This document shows, one piece after another, positions 1 through 12,410 of a stretch of DNA of 64,000 bases. How positions within the stretch are numbered: position 1 is the stretch's first letter; each line of letters begins with the position of its first letter. The notes below the pieces were generated by a model. The model had not been told where the DNA came from. It was given only the letters and a program-made list of their open reading frames with translations, and did no database searches. The DNA lies in contig NC_083416.1 of the NCBI RefSeq assembly GCF_020745735.1, positions 29,168,543-29,232,542 of the forward strand, written 5' to 3'. The stretch is from Hemiscyllium ocellatum. Lineage: Eukaryota. The position numbers and the translations under genes are program-made.

Positions 1-252
1 GGCAAACACGAGAAGTTATCACAATTTATCATTTGTCTCCAAATTCTAGTCCATAGGAGTTTATTTTTTATCCTCCCTTTTGTTTGATTTCTAAAAACCC
101 AGAATCTCTGCAGAGACTCATCTTGTTTTGTTCTGTGTGTGGGATTAAAGGGATAGTTTTGATTCCTAATCATAGTTTAAGACTTCATCGGTAGTTGTTA
201 TTTGCTTAAAGGATAATTTTGGTTCATAATAAATAGGTTATGTTTAACATGT

Positions 253-561
253 GGGCAGCGCGGTGGCTCAGAATTAGCACTGCTGCCTCACAGCACCAGG
301 GACCCAGGTTCAATTCCAGCCTTAGGTGACTGTCTGTGTGGAGTTTGCACATTCTCTCCATATCTGTGTGGGTTTGCTCCAATTTCCTCCTACAATCTAA
401 AAGATGTGCAGGTTAGGTGAATTGGCCATGCTAAATTGCCCATAGTGTTAAGTGCATTTGTCAGGGGTAAACATAGGATAGGGGAATGAGTCTGGGTGGG
501 TTACTCTCCAGAGGGTTGGTGTGGACTTGTTGGGGATGTTTCCACACTGTGGGTAATCTAA
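253..561 (+). mobile_element. HE1-like tRNA-derived SINE (V-SINE type), partly deleted
   Basis: tRNA-like head (gggcagcgcggtggctcag..ttagcactgctgcctcacagc..caggttcaattcc), central tgtgtggagtttgcac..gatgtgcaggttaggtgaattggccatgctaaattgccc block, taatcta tail; matches the copies at 16826 and 21956. Confidence 0.85.
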
Positions 562-2032
562 AGAAAAAGATTATTTTGAAAATAGCAAAGATGTCTACTC
601 AATGTTTCTTTTATTCTGAGCAAAACGGAGGAGTGAAATTTGTCATTTTGGTAATTGAATTAACAAATTTTTATTGATGGTGTGACTGGTGATGTCATAG
701 GACTTGATTGTGAACACATTCTTCCTGTCACATTGTAACAAAGGAAAAAATGGTTTGTGAGATAAAAACAAGTAAAGTGCATGGGAGACAGGAGAACTGT
801 GTAAAAAAAGGAGTCAACAGCATGACAAGGGAGAATATAGACATTAGATTAATAGGTAAAAAAAGACAAAGAAGAAATATGGAATTAAATCACCAAGAAA
901 TTAGATAATATAGTAAATGTAGCACAGCCAATATAAAAACAAGGTCTCCAACCTGTCACCCAATGACTCTATGTATTCATATCTTGCTTTGTATTCCTCA
1001 ATAACAGTAATAGCAATAGTGCCGCTAAACAGAGCAGCAGGATAACAAGTACAGGCAATGGTGGTGAAGTCTTAAATAAATGTTTTGTTTCAGTATTTAA
1101 CAGGAGCTTAAATCAGATAACGATGGCACCACAGGATGAGATTAGAAATGATATAATTAAATTCTGCAAAAGCAATAGTACAGTTTAATAATGCCGATAA
1201 ATTACAAGAGCAAATCGATACCAAGACTAACTGAATCAGACCATAAGAAATAGAACAGGAGTAGGTTGTTCCTGCTCCACCATTCAGTGGATCATGGCTG
1301 ACCTGATATTCATCATGTCCACTGTCCTGTCTCGTATTTGTTTCTCAAGGTATTGAATTGAAAAGTAGTGAAGTTATGCTAAACTTGTATTAAATGTTGA
1401 TTAGCCACACTTGGAATCCTGTGTACTCTTCTGGTTGGCATCATCTATACAAAAAGAAAGGTTAGGATGACTTAATGCAGGTCTTTAAAATTCAGAAAAA
1501 TCTTCATAAAGATGATACAAAGAGAATGTGTCCTCTTTTGTAGAAAAGCAAACCAAGCAGTCATCAACATAACAGTTACCAATTAACTAAATAGGGAATT
1601 CAGAGTCAGCTCTCTCCCAAGAGATACTATAATCGAAGGTATGCCATTTTTACTGCACACCCTATGCACTAACAACACCCACATTAGTGTCCAAAGTACA
1701 TGAGGGCAGAACATGAATTTGCCACTGAAAATTGTCAAAACACCTCAGGTTAAAATCAATCTCAGTATGACAAGTCAGAAAGAAATCATACATCCCATAC
1801 ATAGGACTGACAGATTCTGTGGGACAGATTCTGCTTGCATCCTCACAAACATGCCCCTCTCACGCTTATTGCTGACGAATGATGTGGAGAGAGAGAGTTT
1901 GCAAAGGTGGGAGACAGAGGTTGCAATTGGAATATGAGAGGATGGCTAAAAGAAGGTGGGAGGTTAGCTACTAAAGGAAGTAAGAATGAGTATGCAAGGA
2001 GGTGGAAGCCAATGGGTTAGGGACAGAGAAAC

Positions 2033-2670
2033 GAGGACACGCCGCAACCCAAAGGACTAGCTACACTACCATACATCAGAAGCATTTCCGAACTGCCAGC
2101 CAGACTGCTGGGACCACTCGGACTCATAACAGCACACAAACCAACAGCCACTCTCAGACAACAACTCACCAGAACGAAGGACCCGATACCCAGCATGAGC
2201 AAAACCAATGTAGTGTACAAAATCCCATGCAAGGACTGCACAAAACACTACATAGGACAAACAGGAAGACAGCTAACGACCCACATCCATGAACACCAAC
2301 TAGCCACGAAACGACATGACCAGCTATCCTTAGTAGCCACACATGCAGATGACAAACAACATGAATTTGACTGGGACAACACTACTATTATAGGGCAAGC
2401 CAAACAGAGAACAGCCAGGGAATTCCTAGAGGTGTGGCACTCATCCACAGATTCTATCAACAAACACAGCGACCTGGACCCAATATACCGGCCACTGCAG
2501 CGGACAGCAAGAACTGACAACTGAAAGCGGCAGAGACAAGCCACTATAAATGCCGGAGGAAACATCACAGAAGCGCTTCACAGGAGGCTCCCAAGCACTG
2601 AGGATGTCACCTAGAAAGGGGATGAAACGTTTGCAACACAAACTCCCAGCTCGGCGACAGAACCACAACA
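2033..2670 (+). mobile_element. 5'-truncated Penelope-like element (Poseidon-type): GIY-YIG endonuclease C-terminus plus terminal repeat
   Basis: ORF 2195-2524 NVVYKIPCKDC..YIGQTGR..EH..HEFDW..LEVWHS is a PLE GIY-YIG domain; flanked by the 10-bp direct repeat ACAGAGAAAC (2023-2032, 2671-2680). Confidence 0.88.
2595..2634 (+). ncRNA. Minimal type I hammerhead ribozyme motif (GUU triplet)
   Basis: GCA-CTGAGGA-T-GTCACCT(agaa)AGGGGAT-GAAA-CG-TT-TGC; 3-bp stem I, imperfect stem II, ACGU palindromic stem III. Confidence 0.65.
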
Positions 2671-3689
2671 ACAGAGAAACTGCAAGGAAGTTTTGAAAGA
2701 AAGCTAGAATGTGTCGAGAGAGACTGCAAAATGGAAGGAACAGTTTTAAATAGTCAAATAAATGCCCAGTTAATTGAAAGATTCCACTGACTTTGCAGAC
2801 AAATGGCAGTTACTCAACAATATGTTCTTTTACGCTCAGTTCGGGTTCCATCAGGTCCATTCAACTGCTGACCTCATTACAGCCTTGCTGCAAACATGGA
2901 CAAAAAGCTAAACTTCAAAGAGGAAGTCCCTTCACTTCCTGATCAGAATTCTGTTTCTAACATAATAACATTCTGGAATTTCTTCAACCTCCGCTCCAGT
3001 GTCTGCGTTAACTTACTTAACTCTGTATCTGCTTCCTAAGCCTCAATTTAAAAAAGACATGGTAAACACTCCCTTTAAGCTATCCTCAATCTCAAACAGG
3101 GTTTCAGCTACCCTAATGTCTGCTGTGGTATTACTATAACTATGATGGACTTTGGTTGGCTATTTTTCTTATCACTAAACACACCCAGTACATTTTCTTG
3201 CAATTATTCCTTGATTCCAACTGGACTGGCCGTGAAATAGACAAGACTATGACTTGAATTCTATCAAGTCATTCCCCACGAATAAATCAACTCCATCCAC
3301 ATTCTTAGTTCCCCAGAATACCACTAGTCCAGGCAAGACACACTCCAAACAGGACTTTGTACAATGGAACTGGAATATACTGACCATCTATCCCATCTTG
3401 GCTTTCATTTACATCTCTTGGGGAAAACTAAATCCTACTTGTTGGAATGAAACATTCCATTTGTACATCATCCTTCAGATCTAGTTTGTCTGCAAACTAT
3501 GATTCATCTACTGCTGGAATTAGCAGCGGTGTAAACAACATATATAGTTTAGGTTACTTGCTTTCAAAACATGCAGAAATCCTTAGGTTGAAAACAGTTC
3601 TTCCCTCAGTTCAGTCCACAACTAAAAATCTGGAAAATCTGGACACAGTTTTGACACAAGTAACATTTGTGCTAGACAATGACCATCTC

Positions 3690-4320
3690 CAACAAGAGAT
3701 ACTCAATGACATTACTATTTCTGAATTCCCCCACTATTCACATCCCAAGGATTACCATGAATTAGCTAGTGAACAGAAGAAAGCAGATAAACAGTGAATT
3801 CTAGAGTAAATAACTCTTCAAAGCCTGACCACAATCTACAAGGCACAAGACAGCAATGTACACTCCATCTGCTTTGTTTCAACAACATTTAAAGTTCTCA
3901 ACACTATCCAGTGCAAAGCAAACGGTTTGGTTGGCACTCCATCTAATGTTTTCAATGTTCACCCCTTATTGCATTGGCCACAGGATGTACTGAAGAAACT
4001 CACTGAAGCTCCAAAGACAACATCTTTCTAACTTGTAGCTTCTATCAACTGGAAAGACAAGCGCAGCAGATATGTGGAAATACCACCATCTGTATGTTCC
4101 CCGCCAAATTTCACACCATTCTGACTTTGAAATATTTTGCTGTTTCTCAGTGCCACTGGGTCAAAATCTTGGACCTCCCTTCCTAACAGTACCATGTACA
4201 TTGGCATCACAAGGACTGCAACTGGTTCAAGAAGAAAGTCCGCCACCACCTTCTCCAGAACAGTTAAAATTGGGCAGTAAATACAGGCCTTGCCAGCAGC
4301 ACTCATATCTCATGAACTTA
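3690..4320 (+). mobile_element. Decayed LINE 3' region (CR1/L2 group)
   Basis: RT C-terminal remnants (acaatctacaaggcacaag) and a 3' tail ccaccaccttctc..gggcagtaaata..gccttgccagc; related remnants near 2835, 6620-7080 (-), 40230 (-) and 62110 (-). Confidence 0.5.
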
Positions 4321-7094
4321 ATTGTCTAAAAATTACCAGTTAATCTGTATTTGTGGTGGCAGCTGGCAGAAGAATATTGTCTGGGACATAATGTCTTCAT
4401 ATTACCAACAAACAGGCAAACAGAGACCAAATTTGATGACTCATTCAGAATAACATTCACTCAGTGTGGTGCAAAACAAAAATTAAACCAAATATCCACT
4501 TGGACAGTACTCTGCAAATTGTGATAGTAAATTTTACTCGGGGTTTTTATGTTATTTTTAGAATCATCCGTGTAAGAAAACTTGTTTCTTAGTAAAATGA
4601 AATTTATATACATGCCTTTGATTCTGGAACTAATAGAAAGAAAGCAAATTAAAAAATTGCTTAGTTATGACATATTCCACTAGATTCCCTTCCATTCCTG
4701 AGCACAGAAATGATCAAATAAAATCAAATAAGGCGTATTATGGAATGTGGTCTATTTTATATATAGAACACTTAAGAGTGATTAAAAACAATATTTTTCA
4801 TTTACAGAATCCAACATAGCTCAAAAAGTCATTATCTGAATCAGTAGATTAAATTGTGATGTTGTGAGCAATGGCCAACACTTGTTACTATAAATAATGT
4901 GTTGATTCAGTGGTATGAGGATTTCATTCTGTTTTTGGCCAATTTTTGCACTGCCAGCAGCTGTCATTTTGGATGCCAACTGTCAGTGCGATCTATAACT
5001 ATGATATGAAATGACATTCTTATATGAGGATTAACGGCTGAGACACTTTCATTTTTCCCGCACAACATGGAGGAACTGTCAAATCAAATTTTTAGCAGAT
5101 ATATGGAAAAATATGTGTGTTATAAGCTAGTGACATGAATAAATGCATTTGTTAGATACATTTTGTAAATCCACTACAGATTCTAATGGGGGAAAAATTA
5201 CTCTTCTTAACATAAATTACCTTAAACTCAAACAAAGATCAACTGTTAGCAGATTACAATTTGAGAAGTCATTGCAAATCATGTCCATTGTCTAACATGT
5301 TATGGTCCTGAAAAAGATTTTGAACAAGTTGAAAATAAAATCAAATAACATCACTGACTGTTTGCTCAAGGGCTGCCTTGTGATCCACTGTTTTTGAGAG
5401 TGGGATAACACCACCAGTCAGTCGTATTTAAAAAGCCATTGTTCAATTTAATGAGCTTTCAATCTAAATTGTATTACTTGTTTTTGATAGTGAGGTCAGT
5501 AATATTCCCTGGGCAGTCAAAGAGAATGAAAAAAATTGCATTAAAAGTTATCTGATTATGGAGAAATGCTGGCCACAACATTGAGAGAATGCTTCACCTC
5601 TAATTTGAACACTCATGTAGAACATTTAGAATTCACATGAACAATCAAAACTGCAACACAAGCTTTGTTTGAAATTCTCATGCAAAGAGTGGCACTTTGG
5701 CAGTGTAGACCTCACATGATGTTAAACAACTTTATGATTAACCATAATGTTTCAAGTCTTGTAATCAAGCTTTCATCCATTGAAGAACCTTTCTGACTCA
5801 AATAATGTGTACGAGCTGAAAATGGTTACCACTTACTATGCAGCCAGGAAGTATGGAAAGGAAAGTCCAAAATCATCTTTGAGAATGTTCAGCATGATAT
5901 TACCGGCTGCATTTTCCAAGGAATGGCAATGGCAGTCACTCCTCTGCTTCTACCTTTTTCCATTAAGATAGAGCTCCACATTTCAAACAGAGGATTCTGG
6001 TATCAGTTCCTTCATGAACGGAGGGCTCACTTGAAAACTAACTGTGTCTCCTTCATGCAGGTTAGTTGGGGGAAGTCAAAGCAATCCTCTTATTCAAGGC
6101 TAGAGTTGAAAAGGTTCTGCAAGGGGGGTTCAGAGTAGCTGGGGGAAAGAGGCTTGCACTTGTCAAGCCTGTTCTCAATTTTTCCAAGCCTGTTCTCAAC
6201 TTATGCTGGTTTTCCTGATACGGCAAAGAAAATAACAAAAAAATGCTATTTGCAACACTTCTGGTCTGAGCTATTCTTCCTGCTGTCTTCACCTGGAAGA
6301 AATGCCCACACTGGCTTCCCTTATATGGTTCATGGTTAAAACAACAGTCAGATTCAAATCTTCATTGGCTTCAAACAAACATCCTTATCTATTGCTTAGA
6401 AAAGTACTTTAAAATTCAAAATGATAGAATCCATCCTCATGTTGATTGTTAAATAATATTCACAATCAATACGATAAAAGAAAAGGAATGATTTGCCATA
6501 CTTCTCATACGGCATTAAATTATAAGACACCCCTATTCTAATGCCCCTGATAATCCGTTGGCAAAATAATTCTTGTAGGGATACATTCAGATAATTGATT
6601 TTTCTAAATTAATTCATGTCACTAGTTGAGTGTGCTGCTGCTGCTGCTGCTACTGGTGGAGGGAGTGAAAGTTGATGAATGTAGTGCCAATTAAATGGGT
6701 TGCTTCATCTCAAAGGTGTCAAGTGCTTGAGTATGGTTGGAGTTACCCTCCTCAATACAATTGGGGGCTATTCCAACACACATCTGATAATGCCTTATAG
6801 ATTTTGGACAGACTTTGGGCACTCATGGTTGGCACTCCTGGTTGGTATATCCTCCATTCTATCATTACCATCAAGCCAGAGGATCAACTCTGGTTCAGTG
6901 AAGAGTACAGTAGGCCATAAGCAGCATCAGGCAGACCTAAAAGTGAGATGTTAAATGGTGAAGTTACAATATAGGACTACCTAAGCGCCAAACAGCATGA
7001 GCAGCAAGTGACAGACAGGGCTAAATGTTTCAATGATAAGATCTAAGCTCTGCAGTCCTGTTACATCCAGCCATGAAAGGCCAAAAACAAAAAT

Positions 7095-7721
7095 TAGACT
7101 TGAGTGTAGGGAGGGTGATCAGTAAGTTCACAGACAATACAAAAATTGGCAGGGTGGTAAATAGAGTCATAAAAAGTAAGATGATTACCTTAGATTATAC
7201 AAGGAGAGAGATGAGCTAGTCAGGTGGACTGATCTGTGACAAACAAAATTCAATCAAGATAAATGTGAGGTGATGTACTTGGGAATACATGATGAATGGT
7301 CGGACTCTAGGAAGCTCTGACGATCAGACGGACCAAGCTGAGCATGTACTCTGGTTCCTTAAAGTATCAGGATAGGTAAAGTGGTTAAGAAGATATGTGG
7401 GATATTTACCTTTATTAGTTGAGGCACAGAATTTAAGAGCAGGGAGGTTATGCTGAAGTTGAGTCAAACTTTGGTTAGAGCACAGAAGGAGTATTGTGCA
7501 CCGTTGTGGAATCCACATTCAGAAGAGAGATACGATAGCACCGACAAGGGTGTAGAGCATATTTACCATTATGGTGCCTGGCTGGAGAATTTCAGTTTTG
7601 CAGAGAGATTATAAAAACCAGTGGGTTTTCCTTCCAGCAGAGATGACTAAGAGGGAACATGATTAAGATGTATAAAATTATGAGGGACAGAGACAGGGTA
7701 GTCAGGAAGAAACTTTTCTTC
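7095..7721 (+). mobile_element. Old CR1 RT C-terminal fragment, interrupted by a younger CR1
   Basis: Degenerate SKFADDTKIG / KCEVM / YC..W motifs; its 3' tail appears to resume at about 8900-8960. Confidence 0.6.
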
Positions 7722-8760
7722 TTAGAGTCATAGAGATGTACAGCATGCAAACGGACCCTTCGGTCCAACTCGTCCATGCCGACCAGATATCCCAACCCAA
7801 TCTATCCCACCTGCCAGCACCAGGCCCATATCCCTCTAAACCCTTCCTATTCATCTACACATCCAGATGCTTTTTAAATGTCGCAATTGTAGTAGCCTCT
7901 ACCACTTCCTCTGGCAGCTCATTCCATACATGTACCACGTTCTGAGTGAAAAATTGCCACTTAGGACTATTTTATAGCTTTTCCCTCTCACCCTAAACTT
8001 ATGCCCTCTAGTTCTGGATTTCCCCACCCCAGGGAAAAGACTTTGTCTATTTATCCTATCCATGCCCCTCATGATTTTATAAACCTTTATAAGGTCATCC
8101 CTCAGCCTCTGACGCTCCAGGGAAAACAGCCCTAGCCTATTTAATCTCTCCTTAAAGCTCAAATCCTCCAACCCTGGCAACATCTTTGTAAATCTTTTCT
8201 GAACTCTTTCAAGTTTCACAACATCTTTCCGATAGGAAGGAGACCAGAATTGCATGCAATATTCCAACAATGACCTAACCAATGTCCTGTATAGCCGCAA
8301 CATCACCTCCCAACTTCTGTACTCAATACTCTGACCAATAAAGGAAAGCATTCCAAATGCCTTTTTCACTATACTATCTACCTGCGACTCCTCTTTCAAG
8401 GAGCTATGAACCTGCACTCCAAGGTCTCTTTGTTCAGCAACACTCCCTAGGACCTTACCATTAAGTGTATAATCCTGCTAAGACTTGCTTTCCCAAAATG
8501 CAGCACCTCACATTTATCTGAATTAAACTCCATCTGCCACTCCTCAGCCCACTGGCCCATCTGATCAAGATCCTGTTGCGATCTGAGGTAACCTTCACTG
8601 TACACTACACTTCCAATTTTGGTGTTATCAGCAAACTTACTAACTATACCTCTTATGTTCGCATCCAAATCATTTCCATAAATGATGAAAAGTGGACCTA
8701 GCACTGATCCTTGTGGTACTCCACTGGTCACAGGCCTTCAGACTGAAAAATAACCCTCCC
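7722..8760 (-). mobile_element. CR1-type LINE 3' fragment
   Basis: ORFs 8447-8731 (TSGVPQGSVLGP, SKFADNTK, KCEVLHFG) and 7899-8417 (LEYCMQFWSP, LFSLE, TRGH); 3' UTR ends in a short-repeat tail at about 7722. Confidence 0.9.
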
Positions 8761-8880
8761 ACAGGGCCACAGGGTGGTGGGTTTGATTGGTACGGGTGTC
8801 CTGGAGATGTTCCCTAAAGCATTCTGCTAGGAGGTGTCCAGTCTCCCCGATATAGAGGAGACCACATTGGGAGCAACGTT
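8761..8880 (-). mobile_element. Penelope (Neptune-type) GIY-YIG fragment
   Basis: RCSQCGLLYIGETGHLLAECFREHL, nearly identical to the ORF at 34485. Confidence 0.8.
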
Positions 8881-9689
8881 TGGTGGGTTGTTTTTGACTT
8901 TCACAACTCAATGGGCTGAAGGCCCTATTTTCTATGCTGTAGATATGTGATTCTATGACATGTATCACCGCTGACACTGATGCAGCACAATTCCCTTCAG
9001 TGACATGTGACCTCTGATTTCATATTGATGCTTCATACTTTCCTATAAATATGATACTGCCTTGGCTTCTGCACTAACTGTCCCTCACTACCACCAACTG
9101 CTTGCTTTCTTTCTTCACTAAAGTGCCACCAGTAAAACAAATGCTGCTTCCTGACTGTGTTTTAGGCTATCAACTCTGAAACAGAAACTGGTGTGTTGCC
9201 ATTCTTCGGTTGTGTTCAGTGACAGGTCAAGGCCACATCCAGCCTTAGTACCTGCAGAGGGTCCTACTGCCGTTTTAGAGGTTTTAGCAAAATTGAAGAC
9301 AAGGTCTTTTTGAGAAGGTTTTGCTAAAGACAGCCAAAGTGATATACTTACAGGGACTGGAGGCAGAAGACCAAATATGTGATTGGCTTCTACAGACATA
9401 TTTCTGAAGTATGAAGTATTTAATTTGGTGACAGTTCATTTGGGAAGGAGATGTTAATTTCAGCAAATTGTGCAATTAATGGGATACAAATATATACAGG
9501 TAGGCTTATCACCTCCACAGGGCAAGAAAGTCTAAGTAGGAAGAACATAATAGTGAATATTCATCTTGATGAAAAGAATCTGATTGCTGAGCCCTCACCC
9601 AATTAAGTCATACCCACCATTGCTCTCACTGGCTCAGGAAGTAGAATATTGTCACCAAATTCCTGACAGCACTCCGAATTTTCTCTGAC

Positions 9690-11760
9690 ACCTCTATCTT
9701 GTTGAAAATCCTTTTCCTTGTACATAAAACATACAAATATGCAAAATCAAAATTATATTAATCATAATTCCTTCCAGGGAAGGATTATCATCCATTGGAG
9801 GTAATTTAGGATTCTGCCCATGGACTAATTGAAAGGAAGCATAGCCTCCAAGCATCTGAAGTTAATCTTTTTGCAAGAGCCACTCTTGTCTGTGCAAATG
9901 CCAACTTGCAGTGTGGTAGATATGCTAAGATTTTATGTTGCATTTCATCTATCATCGAATGATTTTTTCTCAGAGTTCATTGCTGAAAAGACTTTCAACT
10001 GTGATATTCATAATCACAATGTTCAGGTTTTCACACAGTTCTCTAAACTTGGCATCAGCAATTTTCCTCCATAAGCGGTTGGAAATACAGCAGGTGACCC
10101 AAGTTTGGCCCTTGTAATTTCTTCATGATTTTGTCTACAATCACATTTCTTTCGTTACCATGTATTCTTACAAAAGACTAAATCTAGTTACTTCATCCAT
10201 AAATTTGTTCCATAAAATAGATCCATAGCAAATATCTCATTAATGCGACCAATCAATGGAAGGCTTAGAATATGATACTCAGCATTATGCAGTACATTTT
10301 GCATTTTTTGTCCTTTTGTATTCTCTTTGAATAACCTCGTACAGTCCTCTTCTACCACCCTGGATAACTTATCAGGATTTTTAATCTTTAACAAGAAGGA
10401 TGTACAAATTTTCTACACAACTTTAAAACAAACTGCATTCTTTCTCTATCTCAATCTTATCCCCCAATGTCATTAATGTTTCTCTAACATTCTAATTAGA
10501 AACATCAGATTTTGGTAAGAGAGTATGATAATGCCTTATTTGGGTAAAAAGCAGATACACTAACATTTTGCAAGGAATCACATTTTTTTATTATCTCAAT
10601 ATGTTATCATTCCCAAACTTAAAACAAGTATAATTTTCATATTCCCTGATCTTGTAATGATCCTCAATACTGAACGAATCCAAGTATTTTAGCCAACCTG
10701 ATCCATTTACTGTCTAATTACAACTACTATCTAACATTGCACAGCTAAATGAATTTGCAGTTAATACACTAGTCATTGGATTATTGTTCCTTATGACCAG
10801 TTCAATTCCTTCAGACTGATCAATATTACTAGCTCTAGCTACTAGATTCTCTATGCCATGTGCTATTTTGAAAACTCCACTGTTTCACTTTGGGCAATTC
10901 ATTGCCTAGTTATGCTATAAGTCATAGATGTAGCATCCATTAACTGTCCTCCATACATTCCTGGAATTCATTTACCTCCAAATATTGCTCCAAGTCTGTC
11001 ATCTGGCATGTTATCCAGATCTGCTAAAACTGCTTCTGTCTTTCTGTCTGAAACTTTTCCTTTGAAATAGCAACTGTGTATCTGAACAATCGCAGAATGC
11101 CATAACCTTTAAGTCCTTCATTTTTTGTTACACCATAAAATGTTCTAATTGTGCATCAAGGCTACTGGAAATGACTGCTTCCTTTGGAGTTTGTTTCAAG
11201 ACAATGGACATCTGCTCCAGAGGAAAGTCCATTCCCAAGAATTGAAGACTAAGGCCTGTTTATCTGTAACAACTTTGCACAATCCAGCAACTAAAATACA
11301 TGCACTCAACAAGGAATCTCCAAACCAAGTGCCTTACTTTTATTTATAGAGTTTGCTTAAAGTCCATGATATATTCTTCCATGGAATTATCATTTATTTT
11401 TCAAAATCTATCAATGTCTGACTGTGGGTCAAAGTAATGTGATAAGATCAATTTTCTGGTAAATTTGATCCATAAAACTTATTGAAGATCTAACTTTTTA
11501 TCTATATCCAAGCAACAGGCATCCAGCTCACAAGATACTTTGCTTCTGTTTGGAGGTGACGATACTAAGGGTATTCCTTGTTTCCCTCTAGAATAGAATA
11601 TAACCCATGTCCACAAATCCACTTCATTCTTCCTTCATCCACATCCAGGGTAATCATATCCTTACAATTTACAACTGCTTTGAGCCATTCTTCACAAAAC
11701 TGTTACCAGGACAAGCTTTATATGTAAAATTGTGTATTTACCAACTGAAAAGCACTGATT
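9690..11760 (-). mobile_element. Highly decayed Ty1/Copia LTR-retrotransposon relic (GalEa-like gag-PR-integrase)
   Basis: Minus-strand manual translation gives FMDQIYQKIDL (gag-like, about 11450-11480), SLPLIGRINEIFAMDL (about 10220-10270), KFRELCENLNIM..ESLFSNEL*EK (integrase core, about 9960-10070) and FQLVHGQNPKLP (about 9800-9835); integrase directly follows gag/PR, as in Copia. Confidence 0.6.
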
Positions 11761-12089
11761 GAGGTTTAAAATATCAATTTCTTTGAAAGCTGAACATTTA
11801 CATCACTATACCTAACAAATTCCAGACACTAAAATATGGAATCAGTCATGTCTGCAGAAACCCATCAAAGATAATTAGCTGAGAGGAACCCAAATAAATT
11901 ACACCTCTTGAACTATTCACAGAACATCCAGATAGCCCCAGATGAGGATCAAGTCATTGGGCGAAATCACTTCAGCCAAAGAACTCGACTGAGACCATAT
12001 TTGGGTCAGTGAAAGGATTGTATGTCAATCCAATTAATCCACTTTTGCGTTTAAGAAATTGCTTTTCTTCAAGCCACAAAAAAGACAGA

Positions 12090-12410
12090 ATAGACAGGCA
12101 GGAGGCTGGAAGAACACAGCGAGCCAGACAACATCAGGGAGTGGAGAAGTCGACAATTCGGGTGTAACCCTTCTTCAGAACTGGGGGTGGGTGTGGAGCG
12201 AGCTGTTGATAAAGGGGGTGGCGGGAGCAGGGTGGTGAAGTAGGGATAGGTGAAAAAAGGTAGAGGGTATGACGTGGTAGGTCAACAGCAGGAATGAATC
12301 CAGTTGGTGGCAGGGAGCAGTGGAAGGGATGGGGAAATGCTGGGAAGGGAGTCAGGGGATGGGGAAGGAGGTTACTTGAAATTGGAGAACTCAATGTTGA
12401 GTCCTCCAGA
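12090..12410 (-). mobile_element. Neptune-type PLE 3' end/terminal repeat with decayed hammerhead motif (12148-12182)
   Basis: Reverse complement reads agttCTGAAGAagggttacacccGAATtgTCgact plus the end of the GIY-YIG ORF (LNIEFSNF). Confidence 0.65.

Noticed and set aside
253-320. tRNA-like sequences here and at about 17060-17128 and 22200-22272
   Set aside because: These are SINE heads continuous with the HE1 body, not tRNA genes.
1-740. Possible LTR 3' end (AATAAA ... TGTAACA); similar blocks at about 48080-48600 and 41165-42790
   Set aside because: No paired LTR, PBS/PPT or TSD could be verified by eye.
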